Shown here: positions 37,824 through 47,054 of the stretch, piece by piece
How positions within the stretch are numbered: position 1 is the first letter of the stretch
Layout: each line of letters opens with the position of its first letter
Source: a virus
Length of the DNA: 64,000 bases
Direction: 5' to 3' (one strand)
Virus record (IMG/VR): IMGVR_UViG_3300042389_001739
Coordinates: 15,723 to 79,722 of that record
Notes under the pieces: model-generated
Told to the model about the DNA's origin: nothing
Databases searched by the model: none
What the model saw: the letters and a program-made list of their open reading frames with translations, nothing else
Translations under genes and position numbers: made by a program

Positions 37824-38231
37824 TTACTGATCAGCCCAACAGCCGTTTTGTCTGCAAAAATTGGCAATTTCCTCTGGCCAAGGGCACCGAAAGTTCAAGC
37901 TTTTCACCCATGCTGCAAATTTTTCCATGTCCTCCCTTGCTGCATCAATTTTTTCCCTTGGTGGGTAATGAAAAACGATATAATCGTCATCGATGCTGTT
38001 GATGGCCGCCCGTAGCCAATATTTTTTAGCTTCAAGATCTTCCTCAATGCCTCCGTGCACAAGCAATGCTGGACGCCCATAGCTGAATATTAGACTCTGC
38101 GAATCGGGACGCAGCAGTCCGGAAAAGCGGTCTCCTGATATTTTTAACTGAAACAGTTCTGTGGCTGTTTCAATTCCGGTCGGCCAACTCAGTAAATTGT
38201 CTTCTGGTTTTGCCAGTATGATTTGGCTCAT
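37824..38231 (-). CDS. Hypothetical protein
   Basis: 135 aa, AAGGA ribosome-binding site. Confidence 0.7.
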   Translation of the reverse strand: MSQIILAKPEDNLLSWPTGIETATELFQLKISGDRFSGLLRPDSQSLIFSYGRPALLVHGGIEEDLEAKKYWLRAAINSIDDDYIVFHYPPREKIDAAREDMEKFAAWVKSLNFRCPWPEEIANFCRQNGCWADQ

Positions 38232-38250
38232 GTTTTTCCTTTTTAACTAA

Positions 38251-38435
38251 ACTCTGTCCAACCACAGGCTCAAACGCGATCCTCGTTCGATCCCTTGGGT
38301 ACTTGCGGTTACAAGATTTATCCTGGCCTGGGATGTTGTACCAGGTCAGGATGCACGCTGAAGCAGAGAGACTTCAGGCACCTGGGCTACCACCATACTT
38401 AACGTCTTTTGACTATATGGTGGATGGACAAGAGT
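38251..38435 (-). ncRNA. Candidate multi-stem structured RNA (~185 nt), family unknown
   Basis: Closing helix 38251-38265/38420-38435; internal stems 38320-38331/38341-38352, 38358-38363/38372-38377, 38390-38397/38416-38423. Confidence 0.5.
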
Positions 38436-38444
38436 GTTGTCTGC

Positions 38445-38666
38445 TTAACTGGTTAAAAGTTTACCAAGCTGATTCAGCGTTTCCACTGGTAAATTTAATT
38501 TTGCTATATTTTGCTTCAGCCACACTATTGTTTCTGGCTTGCTCGCGTCACAGCGTTCCCTCGGTATCTGTGGTAACGAGATTAACAACGATTGCAGTGC
38601 TGCCTGGTGGCGATGTTTTGCATTTTGCCTTTTATAGAAAACTGTTTCTTTTTCTTTTATATTCAT
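38445..38666 (-). CDS. Hypothetical protein
   Basis: 73 aa, ATGA-coupled to the alpha-CTD gene. Confidence 0.6.
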   Translation of the reverse strand: MNIKEKETVFYKRQNAKHRHQAALQSLLISLPQIPRERCDASKPETIVWLKQNIAKLNLPVETLNQLGKLLTS

Positions 38667-38974
38667 ATTTCTTCTTTAATTGGCAGTTTTAGCTCTACAA
38701 GGAGTTGTCTGCATTTTTTCATGGTAATTTCTCCCAGGTTAGGGATTTCCGCCAATTCGTTTAACGATACTTTGGTTAAATCACCAACCGTCAAAATTCC
38801 GTACTGTTCCAAGTTATTTGCTAACCGCACTGGAATACCGACGTCCGTTAACGAAACCGTGTGCCAGTATGCGATCCGCTGGTTTTCCCGGTCTGTTGCT
38901 GTGTAATACTTAGCCCAATAAGGCTCCGGTTTGCAACGCCTCTTGCGTTTGGCAGGGCCTCCATGCTCTTCCAT
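38663..38974 (-). CDS. Stand-alone RNA polymerase alpha subunit C-terminal domain (alpha-CTD) protein
   Basis: LTDVGIPVRLANNLEQYGILTVGDL...ELAEIPNLGEITM matches alpha-CTD LSVR..N.L....I..IGDL....L..PNLG.KS. Confidence 0.85.
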   Translation of the reverse strand: MEEHGGPAKRKRRCKPEPYWAKYYTATDRENQRIAYWHTVSLTDVGIPVRLANNLEQYGILTVGDLTKVSLNELAEIPNLGEITMKKCRQLLVELKLPIKEEI

Positions 38975-38982
38975 TTTTGTGT

Positions 38983-39070
38983 AATCTCGCAGTTAAAGCC
39001 TGCCCGGTTAGCGCTATGATACCAGGCTTGGGCCATAACGCCAGACCGGGTAGAGCTCGACCACAAGATT
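38983..39070 (-). other. Long imperfect intergenic hairpin (88 nt)
   Basis: Nested stems AATCTTGTGG/CTGCGAGATT, CTACCCGGT/ACCGGGCAG, TGGCGTTATG/CATAGCGCTA; G-U pairs favour the minus strand. Confidence 0.6.
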
Positions 39071-39618
39071 TATGTATGCAGCTGCCAGAATTTTGGCTTG
39101 GTGAGCGACGTCGTAAACGTCTCACCGGCGCCTGGCCCATGGTAGATCAGGCCGCCGTTGTATCCAAATTTGTACCCGATGCTGTCGGTAGCATTTTCTT
39201 CGGTTAAAAATCTTTCAATAGGGTCGTCTATGCGCAGCCGTATTTGAAAAACCGCTTTCTTTGTTGGTTTTTCCGGGTAATAAAACGATACGGCAAAGCC
39301 ATGTAGCGTGCCATCATCGTTTAATATGACTTTTCTTAGCGGTACTTTGAATGTCTGTCCAGTACTGTCCGTAATCTCTTTATCGGACTCGTCTACAATC
39401 CATTTTAGCTGTTCTTCTAAATCCGCGAGCATTGCTCGCGCTTGCTCCACCTTTCCTGCATGCGACAGTCCAAGTATATAACCCAGGATAGAAGACATTC
39501 GCAGGGTAGCTGGTTGTGTCAGCAACAAGCGATTAACCCAGTGCGCTGGAATAAGCGAATTGTTTGCAGCACTACCGTACATTTGATCGGTCACCGCTTC
39601 CAGTTTTGATTCACTCAT
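39070..39618 (-). CDS. DUF4120-like protein
   Basis: C-terminus NGGLIYHG...F...L.....WQLHT matches the recalled DUF4120 signature. Confidence 0.65.
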   Translation of the reverse strand: MSESKLEAVTDQMYGSAANNSLIPAHWVNRLLLTQPATLRMSSILGYILGLSHAGKVEQARAMLADLEEQLKWIVDESDKEITDSTGQTFKVPLRKVILNDDGTLHGFAVSFYYPEKPTKKAVFQIRLRIDDPIERFLTEENATDSIGYKFGYNGGLIYHGPGAGETFTTSLTKPKFWQLHT

Positions 39619-39722
39619 TTAATTTTCCTTGTAGTTGTTTTTCAAACCGTGCTGATTCCTGGCAAGACTCCAGACACAGCACACAAAACGCCAATAAACA
39701 GAACCAGAACACAACTGCCGAT

Positions 39723-40052
39723 TCACTGTTTTGATTTTTTGACATACTTGCCTACTTTACGACATAGCCGGTTCATTGACTTTGTAAACTTGGGGGCATA
39801 GCCCTTTTCTAATGCAATTGTGTACGACAACGTACTCGTAAGCTGTAGCACTTGCACCGCCGCCCACGCGATATAGAAGTCCGCAGAGTTGGGTTTACCT
39901 GCGCGTATCCAGGCTTCTCTGCCTGTATATCCCTTGGCCCACCCGTCTGGCCCAACGCAAAGTACAATAAAACCTGGGTGTATTTGTCCTTCTTTTATCA
40001 TAGATGGCGTGATTTGAGCTAACTCTGATTTTTTATAAAGTTTTTCGGTCAT
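39723..40052 (-). CDS. Hypothetical protein
   Basis: 109 aa, AGGA ribosome-binding site. Confidence 0.65.
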   Translation of the reverse strand: MTEKLYKKSELAQITPSMIKEGQIHPGFIVLCVGPDGWAKGYTGREAWIRAGKPNSADFYIAWAAVQVLQLTSTLSYTIALEKGYAPKFTKSMNRLCRKVGKYVKKSKQ

Positions 40053-40094
40053 GCTATTTCCTGTTTACACGACCAACTGCTTTAAATCTGGAAT

Positions 40095-40631
40095 TTAACG
40101 CAACCACTCGTCACGTTCATTCCAAATTCGGCTTGGTCGTGGTCGTTGTTGTCCTGTGTACTTACCTTTATAAAGATCTTCCGGTTTAACGTCAGAGCAG
40201 GTTTCAAAGAAAATCTGGCATATTCGCATGTTGGCGTAGATTCGCAGCGGCTTGATTACCGTCACTTCCAGCGTCCAGGTGCCATCAAATCCGATGTCGC
40301 CGAACCCTGCTGTAACATGCACACTCAGCCCCAATCGTCCGGTGGACGAGCGACCTTCCACGCCCGGTACGTACTTACTGGTGCTTGTACGTTCCTTGGT
40401 TGCCATGAGATACAGTTGATGTGGTTGCAGTACTAATCCGCCAGGCGGAATCTCATAGCTGATCGTTGGATTTTCAATTGCTGCATCCAGGATCTCTGCG
40501 GTGTACTGCGTAACGTGACTGGCCAGGCGCAAATCGTAACTATTCGGGTTAATCTGTGCCGGATCAAACGGGTCAATCAGAATATCTCCGTTTTCCACTG
40601 ACTGCCGGATTGCGCTGCCTGTCAGGATCAT
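40095..40631 (-). CDS. dcd: dCTP deaminase
   Basis: INPNSYDLRL, EGRSSTGRLG, AGFGDIGFDGTWTLE, RICQI, YKGKY. Confidence 0.93.
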   Translation of the reverse strand: MILTGSAIRQSVENGDILIDPFDPAQINPNSYDLRLASHVTQYTAEILDAAIENPTISYEIPPGGLVLQPHQLYLMATKERTSTSKYVPGVEGRSSTGRLGLSVHVTAGFGDIGFDGTWTLEVTVIKPLRIYANMRICQIFFETCSDVKPEDLYKGKYTGQQRPRPSRIWNERDEWLR

Positions 40632-40648
40632 TGCTTTGACTTTCTGGC

Positions 40649-40861
40649 TTAACCGTGAATTTGACTCAGGGTTTTTATTTTGGGATCTTCGAAGGCCGCA
40701 ATCAAGCCCTGTTTAACGGCCTCCGCCATTTCTTCCGTTGTTTTACAAAAAACCGGCTGCGCGCAGCCGCGGATGACAAATCCATTGGCAATCTGCTGCA
40801 CGCGTATTTGCGCGCCAATATCGTTCTGCTCTTCACGGACAATGAACTTTGGTACTATCAT
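40649..40861 (-). CDS. Hypothetical protein
   Basis: 70 aa, coupled to the upstream gene. Confidence 0.6.
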   Translation of the reverse strand: MIVPKFIVREEQNDIGAQIRVQQIANGFVIRGCAQPVFCKTTEEMAEAVKQGLIAAFEDPKIKTLSQIHG

Positions 40862-41067
40862 TTTTTTCCTTTAGGCGGGTAGAGCCCGCAACATGTTTGC
40901 ATGCAGCGACAACAAAACCACACACGAGAGGTAGCGTCGCTGTAATACCAGGCAAGACTACCTGGTTGAATTCTATTGTTACAAGTACCGCAACTCACCG
41001 GTTTGGCCGGTGTGCGGTACTTCATGTCAGTTTTAACACTTACAGTTCTTTGCGGTATTGCTTGCAC
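40858..41067 (-). CDS. Small zinc-finger protein
   Basis: CGTC..RI.PG and CCRC motifs. Confidence 0.55.
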   Translation of the reverse strand: MQAIPQRTVSVKTDMKYRTPAKPVSCGTCNNRIQPGSLAWYYSDATSRVWFCCRCMQTCCGLYPPKGKK

Positions 41068-41092
41068 AAACTGGGATACAAGCGACTCCAGA

Positions 41093-41671
41093 TCATCGGA
41101 AATAGGGTCCCTCCATCCAGCTTACCAGCGAATAACGTAATCCAGCGGTTACCGGAGTTACGCGGTGCCTTAGAAAAGACGGAAACACGATAACCGTTCC
41201 CTGTTGTTTCAGCTCGGTCGGATTCGGCAGATGCGTGCAATCCGCTTCCGCCAGTTCCAGCTCCCCGCCTTCGTAGTTGGCAGGATCGCTCAGCTGGATC
41301 ACCATCGACAACTTGCGGCGAAAAAGCTGACTACTGACCCAGGTGGTGTCGTGGTGCCAGTCGTAGTGCCCGGCTGTCGTTGCGGGGTATTCTGTGAATT
41401 GGATTTCGTGAAACTCAGTCACATCGAAACCAAAGGCATTCCGGTTGGCTTCTGCAAACAAAGTAGCCATACGGCCAAACAAGTTTGCAAACCGCTGGTC
41501 AAACCGCGGGATCCAGCGGATCTGACTGCGACGTACCGTCGGGTTATAAACAGTCACCCCACCATGACCGACTTGCCCTTCCACCGGTGGATATTTTTTA
41601 CACGCCTCGACAATATCAGCACAATCTTGCGCAGATAAATGTCCTTTCCAGTATTGCCACCACTGGTTCAT
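41093..41671 (-). CDS. 2OG-Fe(II) oxygenase (prolyl-hydroxylase/PKHD-type)
   Basis: YDWHHD (HxD), RKLSMVIQL, YEGGEL, FPSFLRHRVTPV..G.RYSLV.W. Confidence 0.92.
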   Translation of the reverse strand: MNQWWQYWKGHLSAQDCADIVEACKKYPPVEGQVGHGGVTVYNPTVRRSQIRWIPRFDQRFANLFGRMATLFAEANRNAFGFDVTEFHEIQFTEYPATTAGHYDWHHDTTWVSSQLFRRKLSMVIQLSDPANYEGGELELAEADCTHLPNPTELKQQGTVIVFPSFLRHRVTPVTAGLRYSLVSWMEGPYFR

Positions 41672-41672
41672 C

Positions 41673-42008
41673 TTAGTTTCCCTGTGCCAAGGCGGTACGA
41701 GCCGCCAATAATTTTTTACTGGTCTCAGTTAACTCGGTTTGCATGTTGGCATGATGCGCAAAAAGCACATCCAGAATCTCTGCGGCTGTCTGCAGGACCA
41801 TGCCGTAACTACCCATAGCCACGTCCACGGGTTTTATTTGATTCTCGGTGCTGTTGTTGGACCACAACCCGTGGCTGATGTCCGGTGTATCGTTTAACGC
41901 ACCGTGGTAATCGTAAATTACCAGGACGCTTCTTAGTTCCGGTACGGCATTTAATGCGTGCTGACAAACCGGTTGAAATATGTCATCAAGTTTTTGATCA
42001 AACCTCAT
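41673..42008 (-). CDS. Hypothetical protein
   Basis: 111 aa, tiles the operon. Confidence 0.65.
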   Translation of the reverse strand: MRFDQKLDDIFQPVCQHALNAVPELRSVLVIYDYHGALNDTPDISHGLWSNNSTENQIKPVDVAMGSYGMVLQTAAEILDVLFAHHANMQTELTETSKKLLAARTALAQGN

Positions 42009-42330
42009 TATCCGCTACCTCTTCTAGTTTGAACCGCGGGGTGCGACAAGCAGAATAGCACAAGTCATTACCAAGGTTGGCCAGTCGGGCGCAGGCGAAA
42101 CCGAACAGTATCGCCTGCAGCACGGAACTGACTTGCCACGTGGGCGGAAGCTGAAAGATTCCGCTGCAACCGAATCCCACCCAGACAGACAAGCAAAACG
42201 GGCAACACAACAGCTCCCCCAGCTTATTTGTCCAAAGCTCAACTCGGCTGCGCCATGCAGCAAATAATGACGAATGGTGCCAGATCTCAACAATTTGCCA
42301 CGTTGCAAGACCGGCAATAAGCAAATTCAT
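41998..42330 (-). CDS. DUF1360-like membrane protein
   Basis: GLATWQI...LGELLCCPFCLSVW plus hydrophobic segments. Confidence 0.7.
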   Translation of the reverse strand: MNLLIAGLATWQIVEIWHHSSLFAAWRSRVELWTNKLGELLCCPFCLSVWVGFGCSGIFQLPPTWQVSSVLQAILFGFACARLANLGNDLCYSACRTPRFKLEEVADNEV

Positions 42331-42339
42331 GGGACAGTG

Positions 42340-42474
42340 TTAACCTCCACCGATTTTTAGTATGGCAAAAAGAAATACCAGACTGAACATGCCAAGTCCA
42401 ATATGTCCTTCCATAAATAGTAAAATCGTTGAGATCAGAAAACACAACGCCCATGTTGCTATTGCTTTATCCAC
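42340..42474 (-). CDS. Small two-helix membrane protein (44 aa), below the ORF-track cutoff
   Basis: AGGAGG ribosome-binding site then GTG: MDKAIATWALCFLISTILLFMEGHIGLGMFSLVFLFAILKIGGG. Confidence 0.6.
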   Translation of the reverse strand: MDKAIATWALCFLISTILLFMEGHIGLGMFSLVFLFAILKIGGG

Positions 42475-42688
42475 CTGTTTCCTCCTGGGGTGGAGGAGAC
42501 CAATCGTTTAACATTACACGATCGGGAGGGGGTGCCCCTTCACCGACAACCAGTTCCGCTATCGGTTTCCCTGTCGGGTCCGGATATTGATGAACTAAAA
42601 GTTGTCCTGGCGCAAACGTCGGCGATGGCCAATGCAGCGATCGTAATTGTTTGCGCCGCTCGTAGGCGAACGGACTCCTGGACGGCAT
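42467..42688 (-). CDS. Hypothetical protein
   Basis: 73 aa, GGAGG ribosome-binding site. Confidence 0.6.
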   Translation of the reverse strand: MPSRSPFAYERRKQLRSLHWPSPTFAPGQLLVHQYPDPTGKPIAELVVGEGAPPPDRVMLNDWSPPPQEETGG

Positions 42689-42855
42689 GTTGGCCTCCCT
42701 CCTGTAATCTTGTTATCTTAATCTAGTTACGCGTGTAACCAGATTTCTACACCCGACGTACGCCAGTCGCGCTGGAGTGACAATCACCAGCATTACAACT
42801 GTTCCCAGTATACCTAGTACTATATCGCTAGGCTTGTCCAAGTTACTGCTCTCCT

Positions 42856-44820
42856 ATGGATTATCTTGAACTACAAAATTCCCGTAAAACAACAAGCCAA
42901 CGGTTGGCCGAAAACATGGCCAACGTCAGCCAGTTCGACATCGAACTGGCGGATTTATTAAAGTCGCCACTGCTTGAAGGCTTTAAAATGCCACTCACCG
43001 ATGATCCGGTGATTCAGCGGCTGCACGTTGTGAACCATGTCATGAAGCAGTCCGGCAGTCTTACGCTTAAACCGTTACTGCCACTACTGCTTTCGATTCG
43101 AGGAAAACCTTACCATCTTGCTGACCATTTTCCGTTTGCTCCTTTCTTTCGCACACGGATGCCGACCAAAACTGTCTTGAAAACCGGTCGGCAGGTTTCC
43201 AAGTCAACGTCCCTGGCCGCCCAGGGTGTATTGTTTTCTAATTGTATTCCGTATTTCTCCACGCTGTATCTGACCCCGCTTTTTGAAATGATCCGGCGGT
43301 TCTCCCAGAACTATGTGGCGCCGTTTATTGAAACCAGTCCGGTTGCTCGCCTCTTCAGCGGGACAAACACAACAAACAACGTACTGCAGCGCAGCTTCAA
43401 AAATCGCTCGCAGATGATTTTTAGTTTTGCCTATCTGGATGCAGAACGTACACGCGGTATCAGCGCAGATAAGAACGTTATCGACGAAATCCAGGACATG
43501 GATATTTCGTTTTTGCCAATCATCCATGAAACCATATCGGCATCGCGTGACTGGGGAATCATCCAGTATGCCGGGACGCCCAAGTCACTGGACAACACCA
43601 TTGAGCGACTGTGGATCGACTCTTCCATGGCCGAGTGGGTGATTCGCTGTCCACACATGGGCTGTAATTACTGGAACATACCAGCCCTGGAACACGACCT
43701 GCTCAAGATGATCGGACCGGTGCATAACGACATCAGCAACGAGTGCCCGGGTGTCATTTGTGCCAAGTGCGCCAAACCAATAAACCCACGACCACCATCC
43801 CAGGGTGGAACCGGCCGCTGGGTTCACCGTCACCCGGATCGTCGCTGGGCATTTGCCGGATATCACGTGCCGCAGATCATCATGCCGATGCATTACGCCA
43901 GCATCGAAAAATGGCAAAAGCTAGTGGATAAAATGAACGGCAAAGGCAACACGCCGGTGCACGTTTTCTACAACGAAGTTTGCGGCGAAAGTTGGGATTC
44001 CGGTTCCAAGCTGGTATCCGTTACCGACCTGAAACGGGCGGCCTGTCTGCCCTGGCAAAACCGACTGGAAGACGCCAAGCCGCACATCAATCAGTACATT
44101 TACCGGTTTGTGGCGGTGGACTGGGGCGGTGGTGGGGTCAGCAAGGGCCGCAGTGATCTGGCGTTACAGTCCTACACCTCGATCGCCGTGTGCGGGTTAC
44201 TGCCGAACGGCCAGGTTGACGTGATGTATGGTTTTCGCAGTTTGACGCCGCACGAGCATGTGCGGGAAGCGCAGATTATCCTGGGGCTGATGAGCACGTT
44301 TCGCTGCAGTCATGTGGTGCACGACTATACGGGTGCCGGTACGGTGCGTGAGACCATTCTGGTTCAGTCGGGTCTGCATCCGAACAACATTCTTCCGGTG
44401 GCTTATGTCGGGCCGGTAAAAGGCAGTTTGATTAATTTTAAACCCGCCACCCGGATACACCCGCGTAACCACTACACGATGGATCGTAACCGAGCTTTGT
44501 CTTACTGCTGCCAGTTTATCAAATCCGGTATTCTGCGTTTCTTCCAGTACGACTACAAGGGATCAGAAGACCCGGGATTGCTGCACGACTTTTTGCACCT
44601 GATTGAAGACAAGAAAGAAACCGGATTTGCCAAGGATAAATACAAGATCCTGCGAGACCCGGCCGGTCCTGACGACTTTGCGCAGGCGGTGACGATCGGC
44701 ACCATGATGTTATTTCAAATGCACGGCGCCTGGCCAAATATGGCAGCGTACGAGGACGTGGAGATTGACGAAGATGCCGTCATTTCTGCAAGGGGCGTTA
44801 ACCCGATTGACTGGATTTAG
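42856..44820 (+). CDS. terL: Terminase large subunit (GpA-like)
   Basis: KTGRQVSKST Walker A, IDEIQD Walker B, AGTP coupling motif, CPHMGC/CAKC zinc motifs, VDWGG and PDDFAQA nuclease aspartates. Confidence 0.9.
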   Translation: MDYLELQNSRKTTSQRLAENMANVSQFDIELADLLKSPLLEGFKMPLTDDPVIQRLHVVNHVMKQSGSLTLKPLLPLLLSIRGKPYHLADHFPFAPFFRTRMPTKTVLKTGRQVSKSTSLAAQGVLFSNCIPYFSTLYLTPLFEMIRRFSQNYVAPFIETSPVARLFSGTNTTNNVLQRSFKNRSQMIFSFAYLDAERTRGISADKNVIDEIQDMDISFLPIIHETISASRDWGIIQYAGTPKSLDNTIERLWIDSSMAEWVIRCPHMGCNYWNIPALEHDLLKMIGPVHNDISNECPGVICAKCAKPINPRPPSQGGTGRWVHRHPDRRWAFAGYHVPQIIMPMHYASIEKWQKLVDKMNGKGNTPVHVFYNEVCGESWDSGSKLVSVTDLKRAACLPWQNRLEDAKPHINQYIYRFVAVDWGGGGVSKGRSDLALQSYTSIAVCGLLPNGQVDVMYGFRSLTPHEHVREAQIILGLMSTFRCSHVVHDYTGAGTVRETILVQSGLHPNNILPVAYVGPVKGSLINFKPATRIHPRNHYTMDRNRALSYCCQFIKSGILRFFQYDYKGSEDPGLLHDFLHLIEDKKETGFAKDKYKILRDPAGPDDFAQAVTIGTMMLFQMHGAWPNMAAYEDVEIDEDAVISARGVNPIDWI

Positions 44821-47053
44821 CGATAGACACCCGCTTTTGCGCGGCTTGCATCATCTTTTTCGGGACAAATGGAAACAGGGACTGCATTCGCACCGCCGTC
44901 TGTTCCAGCCAGGCCGTCCAGTTGACTTCGGTTTTCGGTAAGTCTTGACTAAACCCGCGTAAATAGTGCATTACGGCTTTATCCGCACTGTGCGTCAATG
45001 CCCGTGGAGATAGCTCCTCTTTTCCGCCATCCACCACAATAGTGCCGTATTTCTCTGGCTGGGAGTCAAGGGCCAGACGGGCTACGAAAAAGCCTGTATC
45101 GTCCACGCGTACAGCCCTGGCGTAAGAATCAATCCAGCGTGGCCAGCGGTGCGGCCAATGTTCTGTGTCGCGTCCGGTAATGTTAAAGCGGGTGTACAGG
45201 ACCGGCAGAAACGCATCGCCGTGCGGTCGTTTGACGCCGATGCAGTAGGGCTCCAGCTCCAGCACCGGCGCCGTAATTTGTGCGCACAGCGCAATAGCGA
45301 ATGCCCACATCACTTCCATTTCCTGTGTGTCTTTTTGCAGGGCTTCCTGGACTTCCTCTTTCAACTGCGCGAAATGCTGCTTTGGTCCCGGCGCGTCGTC
45401 CGGCATCGTAAAATCCGGATTTTGCCGAAAGACCCCGTCTTGCAGATAAGCATTTCGAAACTGAAAACCGCTGCCGTCCCAACCGATGCGTTCTTTCCCC
45501 ACCACCATTGTTGGGTATTCCAACCGACAGGCTGCATCAAACGGGCAGAAGCTGTCACGTGTGGTATCTTGCTGGTAAGTAATCTGATCTGTCTGCATAA
45601 AAACGCCGCTGTTGACTGCGAACTCTCGCAACCAGTGCCAATTGGCCTTATCTTTATCGACTCGAAATTCATGACGCACACCGTCGGATTCCAGAAAACC
45701 AATATATTCTTTCTGCCCATTAGGCCGGACCACGATATGCGTGATACGCAGAACGGCCGGTAACCGAATCTGTCCGCTGGTGTTATACCACTTACCTTCA
45801 CGTTCGATGACTGTGCTGTATCCGCCGATAACACCGTTCTTGTCATACCTTGCCGCGCGTACCCGCATGCCGACCGTAGCTTTGAGCTTAGGATCTACGA
45901 CCTCACGCACTAGCTCTGCTGCTCTTGCGGAATACTGCTCAGCATCCTGCAACAATTTGGCTTTGTCTGCCGGAGCCGCTGTCTCGGCCCAGTTTCGCAA
46001 GGCCTGTTCGTACGGACGCGATGCTCGAATTACGCGATTAATTACTTCCGGTGCGGGATGATTGTGAATCCAGGCACGCCACCGCGGTCCGCTAACTTCT
46101 TGCGGTTGCTGGTGATCTGTTTCCGGACCGACAAACGACAGGTTAGCACTCATCAGACTGGCATGATGCAGAATTGCTGCCGTGGGGGCGCGTTCCCACA
46201 ATACCAGCCGCCGTCCCCCCAGAATCGACCACTGCCGATCGACACCTGCGGCTTGGTGCTGTCGCCAGGCCAACAACGGCAACGGCGAATTATCGTAACT
46301 GAAGTTATGCGCATGCATCTGCAGCATGACATGCAGCATTGAAGTCACAACCAGCGAGTTGGATTGCATTGAGGTAAGAAACGGCAAACCGGCAAATCCA
46401 TACTCTCCAACGGCAAAGGCATTCATGCCCGAATGGGGTGGAGCAAAAAAGTATTCCTGCTTGTCGGTATAGCAGTTAAACGCACCAACCTGTGCCAGTG
46501 ATTTGAAGAAAGGCACTACAGCCGTCAGCTTATTTTTACCAGCCGCATGCCGGTTTAGATTTTGCTTGAGATGAATAAACGGCAGGATGCCGTAGAGTTG
46601 TCCCAGCCCTGCCTGGAATCGTTCGCTACTCATTTGCACCGAAGGTTGCCAACCCAGCTGACTGATCAGCTGATGTTCTTCACGGCTGAGTTTGGTTTTC
46701 TGCGCGGTTTGCCATATCTCCTGATACCGGCGGGCGTAATCGATACTTTTGTGATAAACTTTAATATGATCAAACGTCAGACTCATGTTGAGTCTGTCGG
46801 CCAAATACTTTACGGTGTCCTCCAGGGACATCTCCAGCCGTTCAGCTGCCATTGCCAAAATACTGCCAGCCGCTTTACACTGAGAGCAATAATGCCATTC
46901 TTCAAGGTTTCTGCTATCTTGGTGGATGGTCCACGCATGTGCGGTACAGTACGGACAACGATTAAGTACCGCGTATTTCGTAACCGGCTCCAAACCCAGA
47001 ATTGGAGCAATTGCCGCATACGTCAAACCTGCATGGATGTCTAGGAGACTCAC
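44798..47053 (-). CDS. Primase-like zinc-finger protein with degenerate TOPRIM and DUF927-like region
   Basis: CPYC...YCSQCKAAGSIL (CHC2-like finger), no EG..D catalytic motif, ERIGWD in the distal half. Confidence 0.5.
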   Translation of the reverse strand: MSLLDIHAGLTYAAIAPILGLEPVTKYAVLNRCPYCTAHAWTIHQDSRNLEEWHYCSQCKAAGSILAMAAERLEMSLEDTVKYLADRLNMSLTFDHIKVYHKSIDYARRYQEIWQTAQKTKLSREEHQLISQLGWQPSVQMSSERFQAGLGQLYGILPFIHLKQNLNRHAAGKNKLTAVVPFFKSLAQVGAFNCYTDKQEYFFAPPHSGMNAFAVGEYGFAGLPFLTSMQSNSLVVTSMLHVMLQMHAHNFSYDNSPLPLLAWRQHQAAGVDRQWSILGGRRLVLWERAPTAAILHHASLMSANLSFVGPETDHQQPQEVSGPRWRAWIHNHPAPEVINRVIRASRPYEQALRNWAETAAPADKAKLLQDAEQYSARAAELVREVVDPKLKATVGMRVRAARYDKNGVIGGYSTVIEREGKWYNTSGQIRLPAVLRITHIVVRPNGQKEYIGFLESDGVRHEFRVDKDKANWHWLREFAVNSGVFMQTDQITYQQDTTRDSFCPFDAACRLEYPTMVVGKERIGWDGSGFQFRNAYLQDGVFRQNPDFTMPDDAPGPKQHFAQLKEEVQEALQKDTQEMEVMWAFAIALCAQITAPVLELEPYCIGVKRPHGDAFLPVLYTRFNITGRDTEHWPHRWPRWIDSYARAVRVDDTGFFVARLALDSQPEKYGTIVVDGGKEELSPRALTHSADKAVMHYLRGFSQDLPKTEVNWTAWLEQTAVRMQSLFPFVPKKMMQAAQKRVSIAKSSQSG

Positions 47054-47054
47054 A

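Noticed and set aside
38251-38435. tRNA or hammerhead ribozyme
   Set aside because: No T-loop GTTCRA or canonical anticodon arm, and no CUGANGA/GAAA core
46926-47054. N-terminal 43 aa of the 432-aa plus-strand ORF
   Set aside because: Overlaps the opposite-strand Zn-finger gene; ATG 47055 has a ribosome-binding site and is the better start
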